Below, piece by piece: positions 26,542-39,605 of a stretch of DNA of 64,000 bases (position 1 is its first letter; each line of letters starts with the position of its first letter). A program made the position numbers and the translations under genes. Source of the stretch: Octopus vulgaris (Eukaryota); NCBI GenBank assembly GCA_951406725.2, contig OX597832.1, positions 26,598,001 to 26,662,000 on the forward strand, read 5' to 3'. The notes under the pieces were generated by a model. The model was not told the DNA's origin. It made no database searches and was given only the letters and a program-made list of their open reading frames with translations.

Positions 26542-29500
26542 ACGATGATGATGATGACGACGATGACGATGACGACGATGACGATGGCTATGATGATGAT
26601 GATGATGATGACGATGACGATGATGATGATGATGATAATAAGACACAAAATAGTAAACTTACTGCCGAAGGTGAGAAATTAAAAGTGAAGTAGTTTTGTA
26701 GTTTGCTGGTGGAAGTTGTCCAATCAATTCTTTTAATTTATCGATTATCTTCTCCCCTGATATTGTACCTGCATTAATTTCCTGAAATATAGAGACAACT
26801 GACTTAAGATGAACAGTAGTAACAAAGTCATTACTATGACAAATTGTTATGATAAGTCTTAGTAAAAATCATTGTGGCTGGGACAAGAGAAAACTGGTTG
26901 TCGGAGAATTTCAACGAATTCCCTAGCTTCAATTTCAGGGCTTTTAAAATCCTCAATTGTAATCCCATGGGTTACAATTGTATCTCCATGGGTCACTATG
27001 TGTGGAGCACGGTTGAAAAAGACACTGGCCGCTCTGTCTGCAACAGCAAAGCTGAGCTGGTGGTCAAGATCAAAGAGGTATTTGAAGATATTCCCAGGGA
27101 GGACACAGTGAGGAACACAAGTGCCAGGTTCCAGAGACACCTCGAGGCTGTGATGGATGCTGAGGAAACTGCTATCTTCTAGCCATAATCCACTTGATAT
27201 CTTTTGGGTTTTTTTTTTTAAAAATACATTTATTTTTGGATGGGATGTTAGGTTTCCTTTTCCTTTTATGCAAACAGTCAAATTTATTCTGTTGTGTCTG
27301 AGGAGAGTAATTTTCTTTTTGTGCCTTATTATGTAACACACTCACTGGTAAAATTTCTACTTCTTTCTTATTTTTATTTTCCTAAAATTTTTGTTGCGTC
27401 TTGCAACCTTTCACTAAGTGGAAATTTAACCGGCGAGTGTGTTAAATTAATAAGGCACTAAAAGAGAATGACTCTCCCCAGACACAACAGAATATGCTTC
27501 AACACACGAACAACTTGCTAAAATACTATTCTGGATGCCTTATCTCTACTAAATATAGAAACATATCTGTTATGTAAGATTAATTTTAAGGATCTGATCA
27601 AAGTTTTTGCAATTAAAAAAGGAGAAAACTTGCCAAATATAAATAAAATGGAAGTATACAAAAATAAACATTATTTTCCATTTTGCACTTAATTTTGTTT
27701 CATTTAGAAAAATAAAAATTAATTTTATGGTTTATCATTTTTTATATTTTGAATTACATATATTATGTGGGGGTTGAGCGGCATCAAAATCTTTTAAGTA
27801 CTTAGGGCCTCTATGGATCCTAATCTGGCCCTGCGTATGTATAGTCAGGTGTATAGTCCCTAGACATTTATAAAGGTAAGCTGGGATGCATTGGAACTCG
27901 GACAGAACTTACTTTGGCAGTTTGAATGAAACCTCCATAGGCATCAAATGTAAGTAAAGGTTCCGGAAGCTGGAAGAGAAATAACAGAAAATTAGTTGGG
28001 ATAACTGGCAGCAAACAAAGTGGGGCTGGGGGCAGCATTTCTAATAATCCCATTGTGAAATAGCTTATTTAAGGGCAAGAAAACCAATGATAGGATAACA
28101 CTTTGTCTGAAAGTGAGCATTATAACCCCCACCCCATCCTGATTTTATGCCCACTTTGTCCATGCTAGAACAGGTCGTACAAGACATCTGGAAGCCATAT
28201 TCTATGGCCAGATGCCCTTCCTCACATCAAACCTTAGACACCTTACTCCATGCATCTTCATATACCAAACCAAAAGCTGCCGGATATAAATGGCACCACA
28301 GCCTAAATGGCATCACTGTAAAGACCTGCAGAGACAAACACAAACACACAATATATATAAGTGGGGTGGGTGAACCCCACTGTACTCTTTCACCACAACT
28401 TTCTCTCACTCTTTTTTCCTACTTCTGCCACAAAGCAGAGGAACCATGGTTCAGCTCTCCACCCGTTAAAAGCCACCGTTTACGGAATGAGGATAACAAC
28501 GTAGCTTTCGCGCCCGTGCAACCGCCAGTCTATCGCGGGTGGTGGGTGGATCTTCAAGTTGCCACACGCATTCTTAGTAGCTTAGGGTAGGCTCGAATTA
28601 GAGATTATTCTTTGTGGCTAATGGCGTGAGTCCTGATTGGAAGAAGAAGAAGAAGAAGAAAGAGAAGAAGAAAAAGAAGAGAAGAAGAAAAAGAAAGAGA
28701 AGAAAGAAGAAGAAGAAGAAGAGGAAGAAGAAGAAGGACAACAACATGACCGTATTAACTCGACAACAACATAAGCAAGTTAACCCCAGATACACTTACC
28801 TGTCTGAGGTACATCTTAAGAACACTAGTTATAACATTGGGATGCTGCTGTTCGAGGTCCACACCATCTGGATCAGCCTCAAATTGTTTACATAGACTTT
28901 CTACCTTGGATTTCACCCCGGATACACGATAGATACCCTGAAGTAGAGAAAACAGAATAAAGAAGAGCAGGTAAAAGGGACGGACAGCAACAGCAACAAC
29001 AACAAGAAAGCAATGATTACATTTTAACCATTTTGAATGTGGAAAGAGGACATATTCCCTCAAAATTATATTGCCATTATCTGCAGAAAGCAGTTTTACC
29101 CAGTACGCAACTGGGACTTAATTTATAGACCCCGAAAGGATGAAAGGCAAAGTCGACCTCGGCGGAATTTGAACTCAGAATGTGAAGACAGACGAAATAC
29201 CGCTAAGCATTCCGTCCGGCGTGCTAACGATTCTGCCAGCTCGCCGCCATCTTTCAGTTTCTGTCAACGATATCTACTCACAAGGCTTTGACCAGCCTGG
29301 TGCTAAACTAGAAGATGCTTGCCCAATGTACCATGCAGTGGGAATGAACCAGAAACCATGTGGTTGGGAAGCGAACTTCCTGCTATATAACCATGCCGAT
29401 AATATGAGAAAAAAAGAAAAGAAAAGGGGGAAGCAGTTATCTCACCTTGATTGTGATCCCTTTTCTTTCAATTTCACCGAGACATTTTTTAATAATATGT

Positions 29501-31796
29501 GGAACATCAGTGTTAAATGTCTTTAAATGGTCTTCTAAATTAACGCCAAACGTGTGACAATGTTTACCAAGGAAAGTTTGATGTAACTGGAACAAATAGA
29601 GAAATCACATAAGGATTATAATAAAAAAAAACAACAGCACCCCGACTTCCTACGCAACCCGCTGAGCCTGGATGCGCATTCATCCATCCGTCAATGCTCT
29701 CGGTGTTGGGGGTTGACCTGCTTTCTCTTCTGCGGGTCTTACAAATAGCAAAGGACCACGATTCGGACTTCTCCCATCTTGCGAGCTCTGGGATGAAGAC
29801 CGCTTCGCTTAACAGCAACAATACTCCTTTAGGCACAAGGCCTGAAATTTGGGGGATGGGGCTAGTCGATCACATCGACCCCAGTATTCAACTGGTACTT
29901 ACTTTATGAACACTGAAGGGATGAAAGGCAAAGTCCACCAAGGTGGACTTTGAGATCAAAACAAACGCGGACAAAATTCTACTAAGCATTTTGTCCAGTA
30001 TGTTAACAGTTCTGACAGTTCACTGGGTTAACCCTTTCGATACCAACCCACTGAGACCATCCCAGAATCTAACGTAGAAACTTCCCATTTTAAAGTCACC
30101 AAAAATCTTCATTCCGGAACCTTTACTTACATTTGATGCCTATGGAGGTTTCATTCAAACTGCCAAACTGTCAGAGTTCCAATGTATCCTAGCTTATGTT
30201 TATAAAATTCTAGGGACTATACACCTGACTATACATACGCATATATATATATATATATATATATATTCATTCCATATATATATTCACTGGATTAATAATG
30301 GCATAATTATTTTGCTGAGTTCTTCATTATTTTCAAAATCAATTGTAACACAGTCAATGAGTTCCCACAGAAATCATCATCATCATCATCGTTTAACGTT
30401 TGCTTTCCATGCTAGCATGGGTTGGATGGTTTGACTGAGGACTGGCAAGCCAGAAGGTTGCACCAAGCTCTAATCTAATCTGGCAAAGTTTCTACAGCTG
30501 GATGCACTCCTTAACGCCAACCACTCTGAGAGCGTAGTGGGTGCTTTTACATGCCACCGGCACGAGGGCCAGTCAGGCAGAACTGGCATCAGCCACACTC
30601 AAATGGCGTTCCTTACATGAACTCAGAACATAGCGGTAGATGAAATATTAAGCATTTCACGTGGCAGGCTAACAATTGTGCAAGCTCACTGCTTTTGCCT
30701 TCATAATAACAATAAACCCTTGTACTGGAAGCACAAGGCCTCAAATTTGGAGGAAGAAATTAAGGTGATTACATTGACCCCAGTGCAGAACTGGTACTTG
30801 TTTGATCAACCCCAAAAGGATGAAACACAAAATCGATCCTGGCAGAATTTGAACTCAGAACGTAGCGGCAGATGAAATACCTATTTCTTTACTACCCACA
30901 AGGGGCTAAACACAGAGAGGACAAACAAGGACAGACAAATGGATTAAGTCGATTATATCAACCCCAGTGCATAACTGGTACTTATTTAATTGACCCCCGA
31001 AAGGATGAAAGGCAAAGTCAACCTCGGCCGAATCTGAACTCAGAACGTAGCAGCAGACGAAATACCTATTTCTTTACTACTCACAAGGGGCTAAACACAG
31101 AGAGGACAAACAAATGGATTAAGTCGATTACACTGACACCAGTGCATAACTGGTACTTAATATATCGACCCCGAAAGGATGAAAGGCAAAGTCGACCTTG
31201 GCAGAATTTGAACTCAGAACGTAGCAGCAGACAGGCAGACGAAATAGCGCTAAGCATTTCGCCCAGTGTGCTAACGTCTCTGCCAGCTAACCACCTTAAT
31301 AATTAATAATGATGATGGCTTTTGATTTTGGCACAAGGCCAGCAATTTTAAATGATGGTGGGGGGGGAGGTGGATATTGATTACATCAATGTCAGTATTT
31401 AACTAGGATTTGTATATCTTTATATCACAACAGAAATCTTTGTTCAGTGTGTTGCTTCTGGCACAATTATCTCCCATTTCTAACAACCAGCAATAGAAGG
31501 ACAAAACCACCCACCCACCCATACACAGCCCATTCCAGGTAAAATGAACCAAGTAAATGTGTAATTAAAAAACAAATGAAAAAATTTGAGCAGTTACTTA
31601 CTTTAACACCAGATGAAGTGTCTGACGCTTTCTGAGATTTTGTTTGACCTATAATAATAATAATAATAATAAATAATAATAATAATAAATAATAAATAAT
31701 AATAAATAATAATAATAATAATAATAATAAATAATAATAAATAATAAATAATAATAAATAATAATAATAATAATAATAATAATGATAATAATAATA

Positions 31797-31827
<31 letters not shown>

Positions 31828-31882
31828 TAATAAATAATAAATAATAATAATAATAATAATGATAATAATAATAATAATGATG

Positions 31883-31913
<31 letters not shown>

Positions 31914-34900
31914 GAAGAAGAAGAAGAAGAAGAAGAATGATAATGGTTTAAAATTTTGTCACAAGGCCAGCAGTTTGGGGGAGCAGAGGAGTTGATTACA
32001 TCGACCCCAGTGTTCAACGGGTACTTATTTTATTGACCCCAAAAGGATGAAATGCAAAGTTGACCTTGAGAGAATTTGAACTCAGAATGTAGTGGCAGAT
32101 GAAGTTTCATCTGAATCCATCTGGCGGTTCTTAAAATATCTTGTCCACAGACAAACAAACATAGCTGAAAACAATACCCCCACCTTCACAAAGGCGGAGG
32201 TGATAATAATTTTTGCTATTATAGACGTAAAGCCTGGAATTTGGTGAGAAGGTAGTTTAGTCAATTACATTGACCAGTATATTTGATCATCATCATCATC
32301 ATCGTTTAGCGTCCGCTTTCCATGCTAGCATGGGTTGGACGGTTCAACTGGGGTCTGGGAAGCCAGAAGGCTGCACCAGGCCCAGTCTGATCTGGCAATG
32401 TTTCTATGGCTGGATGCCCTTCCTAACGCCAACCACTCCGTGAGTGTAGTGGGTGCTTTTTACGTGCCACCGACACAGGTGCGAGACGGTGCTGGCAAAC
32501 GGCCACGGTCGGATGGTGCTTTTTACGTGCCATTGGCACGGGGGCCAGGCGAGGCTGGCAACGGCCAGGGGATACTTTATTTTGTGAACCCAGAAAGAAT
32601 GAAAGGGCGAGTTGAATTTGGCGGAATTTGAATTTGGTACATAAAGAACCAGAAGAAAAGGTGCTTAGTTTTTTTTTTGCCTGGTTCAGTAAAAATTCTG
32701 CTTATCCAGCATCCCATATGATAAATAAATAAATAACCAACAGATGCTAGCAATGGAACATGGATGTTAAATCATCATCATCATCATCATCGTTTAACGT
32801 CCATTTTCCATGCTAGCATGGGTTGGACGGTTCGACTGGGGTCTGGGAAGCCAGAAGGCTGCACCAGGCTCCAGTCTGATCTGGCAGTGTTTCTACGGCT
32901 GGATGCCCCTTCCTAATGCCAACCACTCCGAGAGTGTAGTTAAATGACAAAGAATAATTTCTTAAGTTACAATTGAACAAAATGAAAATACTTACTATAT
33001 TCTGAATCTTCCCCGTCTCCATGAACCAAGTCTTCCAGGGAATTGACACTGGAAGTCTGCAATGCGATGGGACCTCGAGGACTGACAGGAGGGGAAGATT
33101 CCGCAGAAGGAGTACTATCCGAGTCACTGGCAAGATCTCCTGATGACCATTCCTTTATATTGGACCCTCGAGATCCTAGAGGGAAACAAAGAGAGAAAAA
33201 TGAGTTAAGAGATAATCAATGAAGGAAAAAAGGCTGATGAGGTGAAACAGAAACAGTGTGTTTGTGTTTGTGAGCAAGTGGCTTAGAGGTTAGGAGCACT
33301 TGGCTCGTGATTGTAGGGTCACGAGTTCAATTCCTGTTGGTGCACTGTGTCCTTGAGCAAGACACTCTATTTAACACTGCTCCAGTCCACTCAGCTGGCA
33401 AAAGGGAGTTGTACCTGTATTTCGAAGGGCCACCCTTGTCACATTCTGTGTCACGCTGCATCTCCCTCAGAACTACATTAAGGATGCATGTGTCTGTAGA
33501 GTACTCAACCACTTGCATGTTAATTGTCTGAGCAGGCTGTTCCGTTAATCAGAATCAACTGGGACCCTCATCATCATAGCTGACAGAGTGCCAGTTGACC
33601 CATATATAACCCTGGTTGCATTTTCGCAACGCAAAACCTGCCCCTACTTGTTTGGACATGAACTCACCAATCAGCATCTGACTGACCATACAAAATGTCC
33701 AGTAGGTAGCCGACACCCGTAGCTAACAGTTCCAAACTGTCCTTCTCTCCCAGATTGTGAAGGCTAACCATAACGTTTAATCTAAATATGGTGAAATTTT
33801 AAGACTTCATTTTTTATGGGCATATACGGGTTTTAATGTTACAATTGAGAAGGTGAATTACAAGGACCTTTTTGTTTGTGACAGACCCTGCCTTTCTTTT
33901 GCTGGGCTTAAATCTTGTTTGTGAACCCATGGAAAATGAACATCCACCATCTATTCTGCCTATATGTCTTTGGACATCTTTCAATGCAATCTATGCCAGA
34001 AGGTTTGCAAATCAAACGGATGCCTCAAAAGACATTTTAAGATCTGCAAAGATCAGAACTTATACGCAGCTCTTGGTGGTCCAAATTGGAGGTGCAATCT
34101 AAGTGGGTGTCTTTTCAAAATATTGTCTGGTTTAAAAAGGTACATCGGATGCCATGATGGTCCTCAGGTGTAGGTTCTCAGGATGTGGTCAGACTCTGTA
34201 TAAGGAGTCCCTTACCAGTGGGACTCCTTATGCACCAACCCAATATCATGATTGTTTCAAATTTTAGCCCAAGGCCAGCAATTTTGGGGGAGGGGGATAG
34301 TCAATTACATCATCCCCAGTGTTCACCAGGTACATATTTAACCAACCCCGAAAGGATGAAAGGCAAAGTTGGTGGAATTTGAACTCAGAATGTAAAGACG
34401 GACAAAATGCTGCCAAGTATTTTAGCTGATGTGCTAATGATTCTGCCAGCTCAGCACCTCGCATTAGTATAATAATAATAATAATAATAATGAACATGAT
34501 GATGATAACGACATACCACTATTGCCATGAGTTCCATCAGTAATATCATAACACGATGGTGACCCTTCCTGTGATGGTGCTTCTGATGAATAGGATGGGC
34601 TGTTGGTCACATAGGGCTTCTTATCATCAGGTCTAAATGCGAAAAGAAAAAAGAAAAAAAAAGACATATGAGAGAATGAAAAATTTCATAGCAAAGATTC
34701 TAACCTAAATACTCAACTATTAACGCAATATATAAACATGAACCACTTTTGTTTTTGTTATAATAAATCTTGATTGATTTGATGGTTGATTTGTCATTGA
34801 ATTCACAGTAGCAGACATAATATGAAATGAACCCTTATCTTTAAACATAGGCTTAGATCCATAAAGGCTCTAAGAACTTAAAATATTTTGGTGACCCCAT

Positions 34901-37900
34901 GTATATGTAATTCGAAATCATCATCATCATTTTCCATGCTAGCATGGGTTGGACGATTTTGACTGAGGTCTGGCAAACCAGATGGCTGCACCAGGCTCCA
35001 ATCTTGATCTGCAGAGTTTCTACAGCTGGATGCCCTTCCTAACGCCAACCACTCCGAGAGTGTAGTGGGTGCTTTTTACGTGCCACCGGCACGTGGGCCA
35101 GTCAGGCAGTACTGGCAATGACCTCGCACGAATCTTTTACACATGCCACCGGAACAGGTGCCAGTAAGGCGACGCTGGTAACGATCATGCTCAAATAGTG
35201 CCTTTTATGTGCCACCAGCGTGGAAGCCAGTTAGCCGCTCTGGCAACGATCACGCTCGGATGGTGCTCTTGGCGCCCTACTAGCATGGACACAAGTGCCG
35301 GTAAGGCGACGCTGGTAATGATCACACTCGAATGGTGCCTTTTATGTGCCACTGGCACGGAACATCAATAATAAACCATAAAATATATTTTCCCAGACCC
35401 TCATATTTAACATAGTTCTTCAGGATATACCAGAAGAATTTAAGACTGGCTGCCCTTGGGAGCTCCTCTATACCGGTGACCTTGTTCATATTGCTGAATC
35501 ACTACCAGAGCTAAGGCAGAAATTTCAGGTGTGGAAGCAAGGTCTGGAATCAAAGGTCCTTAGAGTAAATTTAGCGAATACCAAAGTCCTAGTAAGTAGG
35601 AAAAGAAAAACAAATCACTGATAACTACAGGGAGACGGGCCCTTCTTGATATGTAGAAAAGGTTTTGGTAGAAACTCCATAGAATGTATCTAATGCAAGC
35701 TATCAACATATAAGAGGTGCAACAGAATCACAGAAAGTAGTCTTTGTGTGCAGCAGATGTGCAGGTACATAAAACACTAGAAATGAACAGCTGGATGCCT
35801 TTTTCTACAGCCGACTACTTTACAGAATGGTAATATTTATTCCCACTTAAATGCAGACGTTCTGTTAGAACAGGCTATACTGCAGTAGATATCACGAGAG
35901 AAACTCTCATATTGTCTTCTGGTGCAAAATGCATGCTTGTTTATATTGGTAGTGCTGAGACCAGAGTTCCTCTCATGGTATCTCATGGCTTTGAAATCTT
36001 GGTGATGCGACTGCATATTTCTAGACTGACATTGAAGGACAGGTATGAAAGGCTAGATCTGACTGGTTAGAATATAAAACAAGTAGCATATATGGGGGCC
36101 AGATCGGGGCTAATATAATAAAGAAACAACACAGATGTACTCACTTTGTGGTAGGGATGTAAGGTTTGAACACCTCTTCTTCTATTTGGTGGGCACCGTT
36201 GCTTGGCAACCTACGCACATATTCCGCATATTTACTGGCTGGTGTGTATTGCTTACTGCTTTCTGAGAGTCTTTTGAACTGTTGGAGAGACAAAGATGTG
36301 GGTTTAAGATGGCTGTGATATAAGAAAATGGACATCACTTTATTGTATTCTTCTTTCAGTCATTTTGACTGTGGCCAAATCGACACCAAGACTCATTTTT
36401 TCTAAGTGTCTGGTACTTATTCTATTGATCTCTTTTGTCGAACTGCTAGGTTATGGGAACGTAAACACACCAAAACTTACTGCTGAGTGGTGAAGGGTGG
36501 TAAACACAGACATAAAGACACACATACACTAACACACACACACACACACACGACAGTCTTCTTTCATTTTCGGTTTACCAAATCCACTCATAAGGCTATA
36601 GCAGAAGACACTTGCCTAAGGTGTCACGCAGTGGGGCTGAACTCAGAACCATGTGGTTGGGAAGCAAGCTTCTTACCACACAGCCATTCCTGCACCTATA
36701 TGAATAGCAGCAAGCTGGCAGACTCGTTAGCACGCCGGGCGAAATGCGTAGCCGTATTTCGTCTGCCGTTACGTTCTGAGTTCAAATTCTGCCGAGGTCG
36801 GCTTTACCTTTCATCCTTTCAGGGTTGATAAATTAAGTATCAGTTAGGCACTGGGGTCGATGTAATCGACTTAATCCGTTTGTCTGTCCTTGTTTGTCCC
36901 CTCTGTGTTTAGCCCCTTGTGGGTAGTAAAGAAATAGGTATTTCATCTGCCGTTACGTTCTGAGTTCAAATTCTGCTGAAGTCGACTTTGCCTTTCATCC
37001 TTTCGGGGTCGATAAATTAAGTACCAGTTACACACTGGGGTCGATGTAATCGACTTAATCCATTTGTCTGTCCTTGTTTGTCCCCTCTGTGTGTAGCCCC
37101 TTGTGGGTAGTAAAGAAATAGTATATGAATAGGATTGCATGTATTTCTGTATGGGTCTATGTAATTACGGTAAAAGATTATTACCCACCACCCACTCAAT
37201 CTTTGCCACTTGGTCTCTGCCACAATACATTCAATTCCCATTCACTCCTCCCTAAAATACTTTAATCTGTCATTATAATCATAATGACTGTGGTTGTTTG
37301 ATGTATTGCACCCATCCACCTTCCTGTTCCCCCTTATTTTAAACAATATTTTAATCCATCACCTGAACTGTATCTATCTACCTTCCAATTTAAATTCTGA
37401 CTTTCCCCTTGTTTTTTTTTTTCTTGGCTTTTCATCATCTCACACTGTTTGGCTAGATAATTTTTTTTTTATTTATGCACCCTTTTCAAGCCTAGCCATG
37501 CTCATGGGCCCAGTTTCCCGGTTTCTATGGCGTATGTGGTCCCCCCAGCTGGATGGGACGCCAGTCCATCGCAGCATTACTCAAGAAACAAGTAGAGAGA
37601 GTGAGAGAAAGTTGGGATGAAAGAGTACAACAGGGGTCGCCCCTCCCCCTGCCGGAACCTCATGGAGCTTTTAGGTGTTTTCGCTCAATAAATACACACA
37701 ACGTCCAGTCTAGGAATCGAAACCGTGATCTTCCGACCGCGAGTCCGGTGCCCTAACCACTGGGCCATTGTGCCTCCAAATTGGCTAGATAATCCCTTCA
37801 ATCAAATTAATCCCTTGACTCCTGTTTTTACAGTTTTAGCCCCGTTTCCACACTCGAAAATTTTAACACCAGACACACAGAGGAAAAACATTGGTAATTT

Positions 37901-38718
37901 ACCTGAAGAGGTACACTTGCGGTCATATTGTGTAATAAATCAAAATATTCAACAGTTACCTGCAAAATACGGTTACAGTGGTTAAACAAGTATCATTACA
38001 ATGATTAAAGAATTAGGATTACACTGGTTAAAGAAATATGTTTATAATGATTTAAAAAATGGTCTTGCAAGTTACTCTGTAAAATGGTAAAGAAGGACAC
38101 CCAGCCATAGAGATCCTGCCAACAGGGTTTAGCAGAGTCCCCTGGGCTTGTCACAAACATCCTCATTCAATTGGATCAGAGTACAGGATGGAAGAAGGAA
38201 AGCAATAACATGGCAGTACTCACATTTTTTATTGTTTCATCACAAAGTAAAATCTGTTCATAGACTTTCGATAGAAGATGCCCCTGGAAAGAGAAGAAAA
38301 TGAAATGGAATGAAATCTGGTGTGAATGAGAAAAGAGATGGGGAGGAAGAAGTGATAAACTGGAGGGGAAGAGAAAGAGAAGATAGAAATAGAGAGAGGG
38401 ATATACACACATATATATACATACACACACACACATATATACAAATAGACACACATATATATATACATACACACACACATATATATACATACACGCACAC
38501 ATATATATACATACACGCACACATATACATACACACACACACATATATACATACACACACACATATATACATACACACACATATATATATACATACACAC
38601 ACATATATACATACACACACACATATACATACACACACACACATATATATACATACACACATATATACATACATACACACACACATATATATACATACAT
38701 ACACACACATATATATAT

Positions 38719-38749
<31 letters not shown>

Positions 38750-39134
38750 CACACACACATATATATACATATGTATATATATATATGTGTGTGTGTGAAA
38801 AGGTTGAATATTTCATCCTTTACTTTGGAGGATTCCAAAAAGGCAATTTCTATCAAAGATTCTTCATAATTTGCTGGTAGCTTACTAGCGTAAGTTTTTG
38901 TGAATATGAGAATATTACTTGTATATATATGGTGTGTTATGGGAAATTTATGGAAAGGTATCCCATAAAAACTCAACAAACATGTTAAAAATGGAGAAGA
39001 GAAGACATTAAAATTTGAAAGAATTTTAAAATTCATTAAAATTCATTAAAATTCTTTCAACATCCTTTCTTCTCCATTTTTAACAAAAATTTGTTGAGCT
39101 CTATGGGATACCTTTCCATAAAATACTCATAACA

Positions 39135-39184
<50 letters not shown>

Positions 39185-39567
39185 GAGCACCCCCCCCCTC
39201 CAATGGACGGTGCTGAGTTGTCAAACATTTAAACCAAATTTTCTCAAAACAATTTGTCCGACCGTCCCATTTGGTGACATTATTTCAAGCCAGCCGGCTT
39301 TTTTTGCGTAAACTGCATGTGCATTTTTCTCGCGTACATGTAGTATCAATCGCAACAGCTGATGTACTTGCGCGTACTAATGCATGTTCCCACGGCTTTA
39401 TCTATCACATTCCCACCTGGAATCGATTTTTGTAATTTTTTTCAAGACATATACACGTCCTGATACCGTCACTATCTACATATCAAATTTGAGTGCAATC
39501 AGATGGAGGATGCCCGAGATCCTAGAAGACACACACACAGACAGACAAAACGAATTTTATATATATA

Positions 39568-39605
<38 letters not shown>

